A stretch of 63,477 nt of DNA, counting the filler, from Octopus bimaculoides (taxonomy: Eukaryota): NCBI RefSeq assembly GCF_001194135.2. It is 4 parts of 4 records of this genome, joined end to end, with 100 filler letters (N's around TTAATTAATTAA, not from the genome) between each part and the next. Parts side by side here need not be neighbours in the genome. Positions count along the whole stretch, not along the records: positions 59,097 to 63,477 come from NC_069001.1; 3 more parts are not named here. One strand, given 5' to 3'. This document shows positions 60,751-63,477 of this stretch, piece after piece. The position numbers and the translations under genes are program-made. The notes beneath the pieces were generated by a model, which saw nothing but the letters and a program-made list of their open reading frames with translations, searched no databases and was not told where the DNA came from. Each line of letters starts with the position of its first letter. Position 1 is the first letter of the stretch.

Positions 60751-62324
60751 TATATATATAAAATACACATTAAGTACAGGACATCACCAACGAGTGAACA
60801 ATACGTAAATACACGAGAAATAAGTACAGGACAAAATACCAAAAGAAGATAACTCGCTCGTCAGTTGTCGACTGTTTTACTATTCCTTATTTCGTGCTTT
60901 TAACAAGATAGGAAAACTTCATAAGACAGCAGCATCCAGAAATTGTAAAAGCATAAAATTTGTGGAGAGTTAAAGCTTCGAACGAACAAACAACAACAGA
61001 GTGGACGTACAAAGTAAACAGTCGACGAACATTAAGGGCCGTTAGGCCAATACGAATTTTAATGGGTAACACCTGGGAGAAATGTTTAAAAGAAATAGAA
61101 TAAATAGAAGAGAAGGAAATAGTAGAAGAGAAAAAATGTCGGGAGGCGAGAGAAATGACGTCCAGCTCGATGGACGTCTTGTCCAGAAAAGACAGGGGCG
61201 AGAGAAATAGCCTGCTGTCACGTGCGAGCAACAAGCAGAGAGGGAAGGGGGACAAGAGAAAGGATGAGGGAAAGAAACAAAGGGAGTGAAGAAAAGGGAA
61301 AAGGAATGAAAGATAGTAGGGAGTGGGAGGAAGAGGACAGCAAAGAAAGAGGGGGAGAAACGGAAAATATAGTGGATAATAGGGGGCCAGAGAGAAAGAA
61401 AGAAAGAGTCGCAGAAATTNNNNNNNNNNNNNNNNNNNNNNNNNNNNNNNNNNNNNNNNNNNNNNNNNNNNNNNNNNNNNNNNNNNNNNNNNNNNNNNNN
61501 NNNNNNNNNNNNNNNNNNNNNNNNNNNNNNNNNNNNNNNNNNNNNNNNNNNNNNNNNNNNNNNNNNNNNNNNNNNNNNNNNNNNNNNNNNNNNNNNNNNN
61601 NNNNNNNNNNNNNNNNNNNNNNNNNNNNNNNNNNNNNNNNAAGCACAAAATAAAATTTAAAACCAATCTAATCAGCCGACGCATCAGACTGTGTAATATT
61701 TACACGACTGCTTTAACACTGTAAACCCAATGCAATTACTGGTTAAATTGCTGTGTTGGGGTGTTTCTGTTCAGTACTTATTGGTCGTTTGGTAAAAATT
61801 AACTTTTGCTACTAAAGCTTTTGCTGTAGTTCTCGAAATAATGAAAGGTAAAGTTGATCTCGGTAAGATTTGTACTCGAAGTCAATTTTACTTTGAATTC
61901 CACAGGATTACATACCGGGGCGATGTAATTGACTTGCCGTTCTTAAAATTGTTGGCCTTGTATTTACCTGAAACAAGGCGAGATGAGCGGTGTTCCTCTG
62001 TCTACAGACCATCAGTGGTGGATGAGGCTGAAAGGAGTGAGGGCAGACACCTTCCTTTTTCAGTCAAGCCATCATCGGCATTTTAAAGTTTCCCTAGAAT
62101 GGGAAAGCATGGGTGGAAAAGGAAGAGCTCTCCTCCAGTGAGATTGCCAGAAGGTGGGTGACTATGCGAAAAAATGGTTAAAGTGAATGGAGCTAATTTG
62201 AGCCAGCATCTGTAGATCGGAGATCAGCGATTGGGGATGAGGGGAGCCTGTCTCTTAGTAGTGAGAGTGATCTAAGATCTGTGGGGTTCCTTTGAGTTTC
62301 TCCTTTATCAACAGGACTGCTTAT

Positions 62325-62530
62325 TGTTTAACTTTTATTTGTTTCAATCATCAGACTGCGGCCAAGCTGGGGCACTGCCTTGAAGAATTTTCAATCGAAT
62401 GAACCGACCCCAGTATTTAATTTTTAATAAACCTGGTACTTATTCTACCAGTCTCTTTTGCTGAACTGCTAAGCTACGGGGACATAAACACACCAACACC
62501 TGTTGTCAAGCAAACACAGACACAAACACA

Positions 62531-62595
<65 letters not shown>

Positions 62596-62725
62596 GACGG
62601 GCTTCTTTCAGTTTCCGTCTACCAAATCTACTCACAAGGATTTGGTCGGCCCGAGGCTATAGTAGAAGATACCTGCACAAGTGGGACTGAACCTGGAACC
62701 ATGTGTTTGGGAAGCAAGATTCTTG
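62325..62725 (-). mobile_element. SINE-C composite with (CA)n linker
   Basis: Homology to other copies. Confidence 0.85.
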
Positions 62726-62870
62726 CCGCACAACCACACTTACTGTGTATGCTATTTCATATCATTTCCCTCCTCTCCCTTTCTTCCCCTAATCTTTTAT
62801 GTAAACCCCCTCACCCCGCACAACTGTATTTGCACATGTGGCACATAAAGGAAAAACAAAACATCATTAC

Positions 62871-62901
<31 letters not shown>

Positions 62902-62903
62902 GT

Positions 62904-62934
<31 letters not shown>

Positions 62935-63258
62935 ATCATTATCGGTGGTTATTGCGTTTCCTAATATTTGTTGAAATTTGAACACTTTTATTATAGAATT
63001 AAAAGTATTGATAAATGAATACGCGATGATCTTATACAAGATAACGTGCGCAATGTGTGTGTGTGTGGTTTATGTCTGCATGCTATATATGTGCATACAT
63101 GTTATATACACATGTTGTACACACACACACGCGCGCATCTAAATAATCTCTATGTGCTTCCATATGTTTGTGGGTGAATTTAATGTTTACGTTTGATGTT
63201 GTGGTTATTGTTACTGTAAAGTATATCACACACAGTATGTGTGTATGCATATAATTAT

Positions 63259-63299
<41 letters not shown>

Positions 63300-63477
63300 T
63301 ATATATAAATGTATATATATATATATATATATATACGCATACATATATATGTATATATATATATACTTACGTATAATGTATATCATATACGTACTTACAA
63401 ACACATTCGCGCGCGCGCATATCGCTTATCCAGAAGCCACAGGAAACCCAATATCAACAGCGTCGAGCTAAATGATG

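Noticed and set aside
61970-62320. Possible LINE endonuclease relic on the minus strand
   Set aside because: Only faint resemblance; too degenerate to call
1-63477. CRISPR array, rRNA or prokaryotic operon
   Set aside because: No regularly spaced repeat-spacer pattern, rRNA motif or dense coding; the sequence is eukaryotic repeat-rich DNA

Overview
AT-rich eukaryotic genomic DNA from a gapped draft assembly, with many N runs and very dense (AT)n, (AC)n, (ATCT)n and (CAT)n microsatellites. The SINE families and repeat content look like a coleoid cephalopod, probably Octopus; this is inferred from recognition, not a database search. No complete protein-coding gene, rRNA, true tRNA or CRISPR array is supportable, and most of the ORF track comes from N runs or microsatellites. 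The window is a mosaic of tRNA-derived SINEs (labelled B, C, D and E here), two long-TIR MITEs with 8-bp TSDs and telomere-like cores, and decayed mariner/Tc1, hAT, piggyBac-type, R4/Dong-type, CR1-group and Penelope-like elements. Host-gene evidence is limited to a likely first coding exon in a CpG-rich patch at 58.4 kb (+), a spliceable exon pair at 9.2-9.7 kb (+) and a few weaker exon candidates. A CpG-decayed block at about 25-57 kb may be a methylated gene body. The most notable hidden signal is a set of minimal type-I hammerhead ribozyme motifs (4786, 26034, 26248, 35516, 43802 and a relic at 56572) in short Penelope-like repeats. One family carries a shared non-canonical core, CUGU(U/G)GA instead of CUGANGA. 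Hammerheads in Penelope-like elements are known in general; activity and novelty here are untested.
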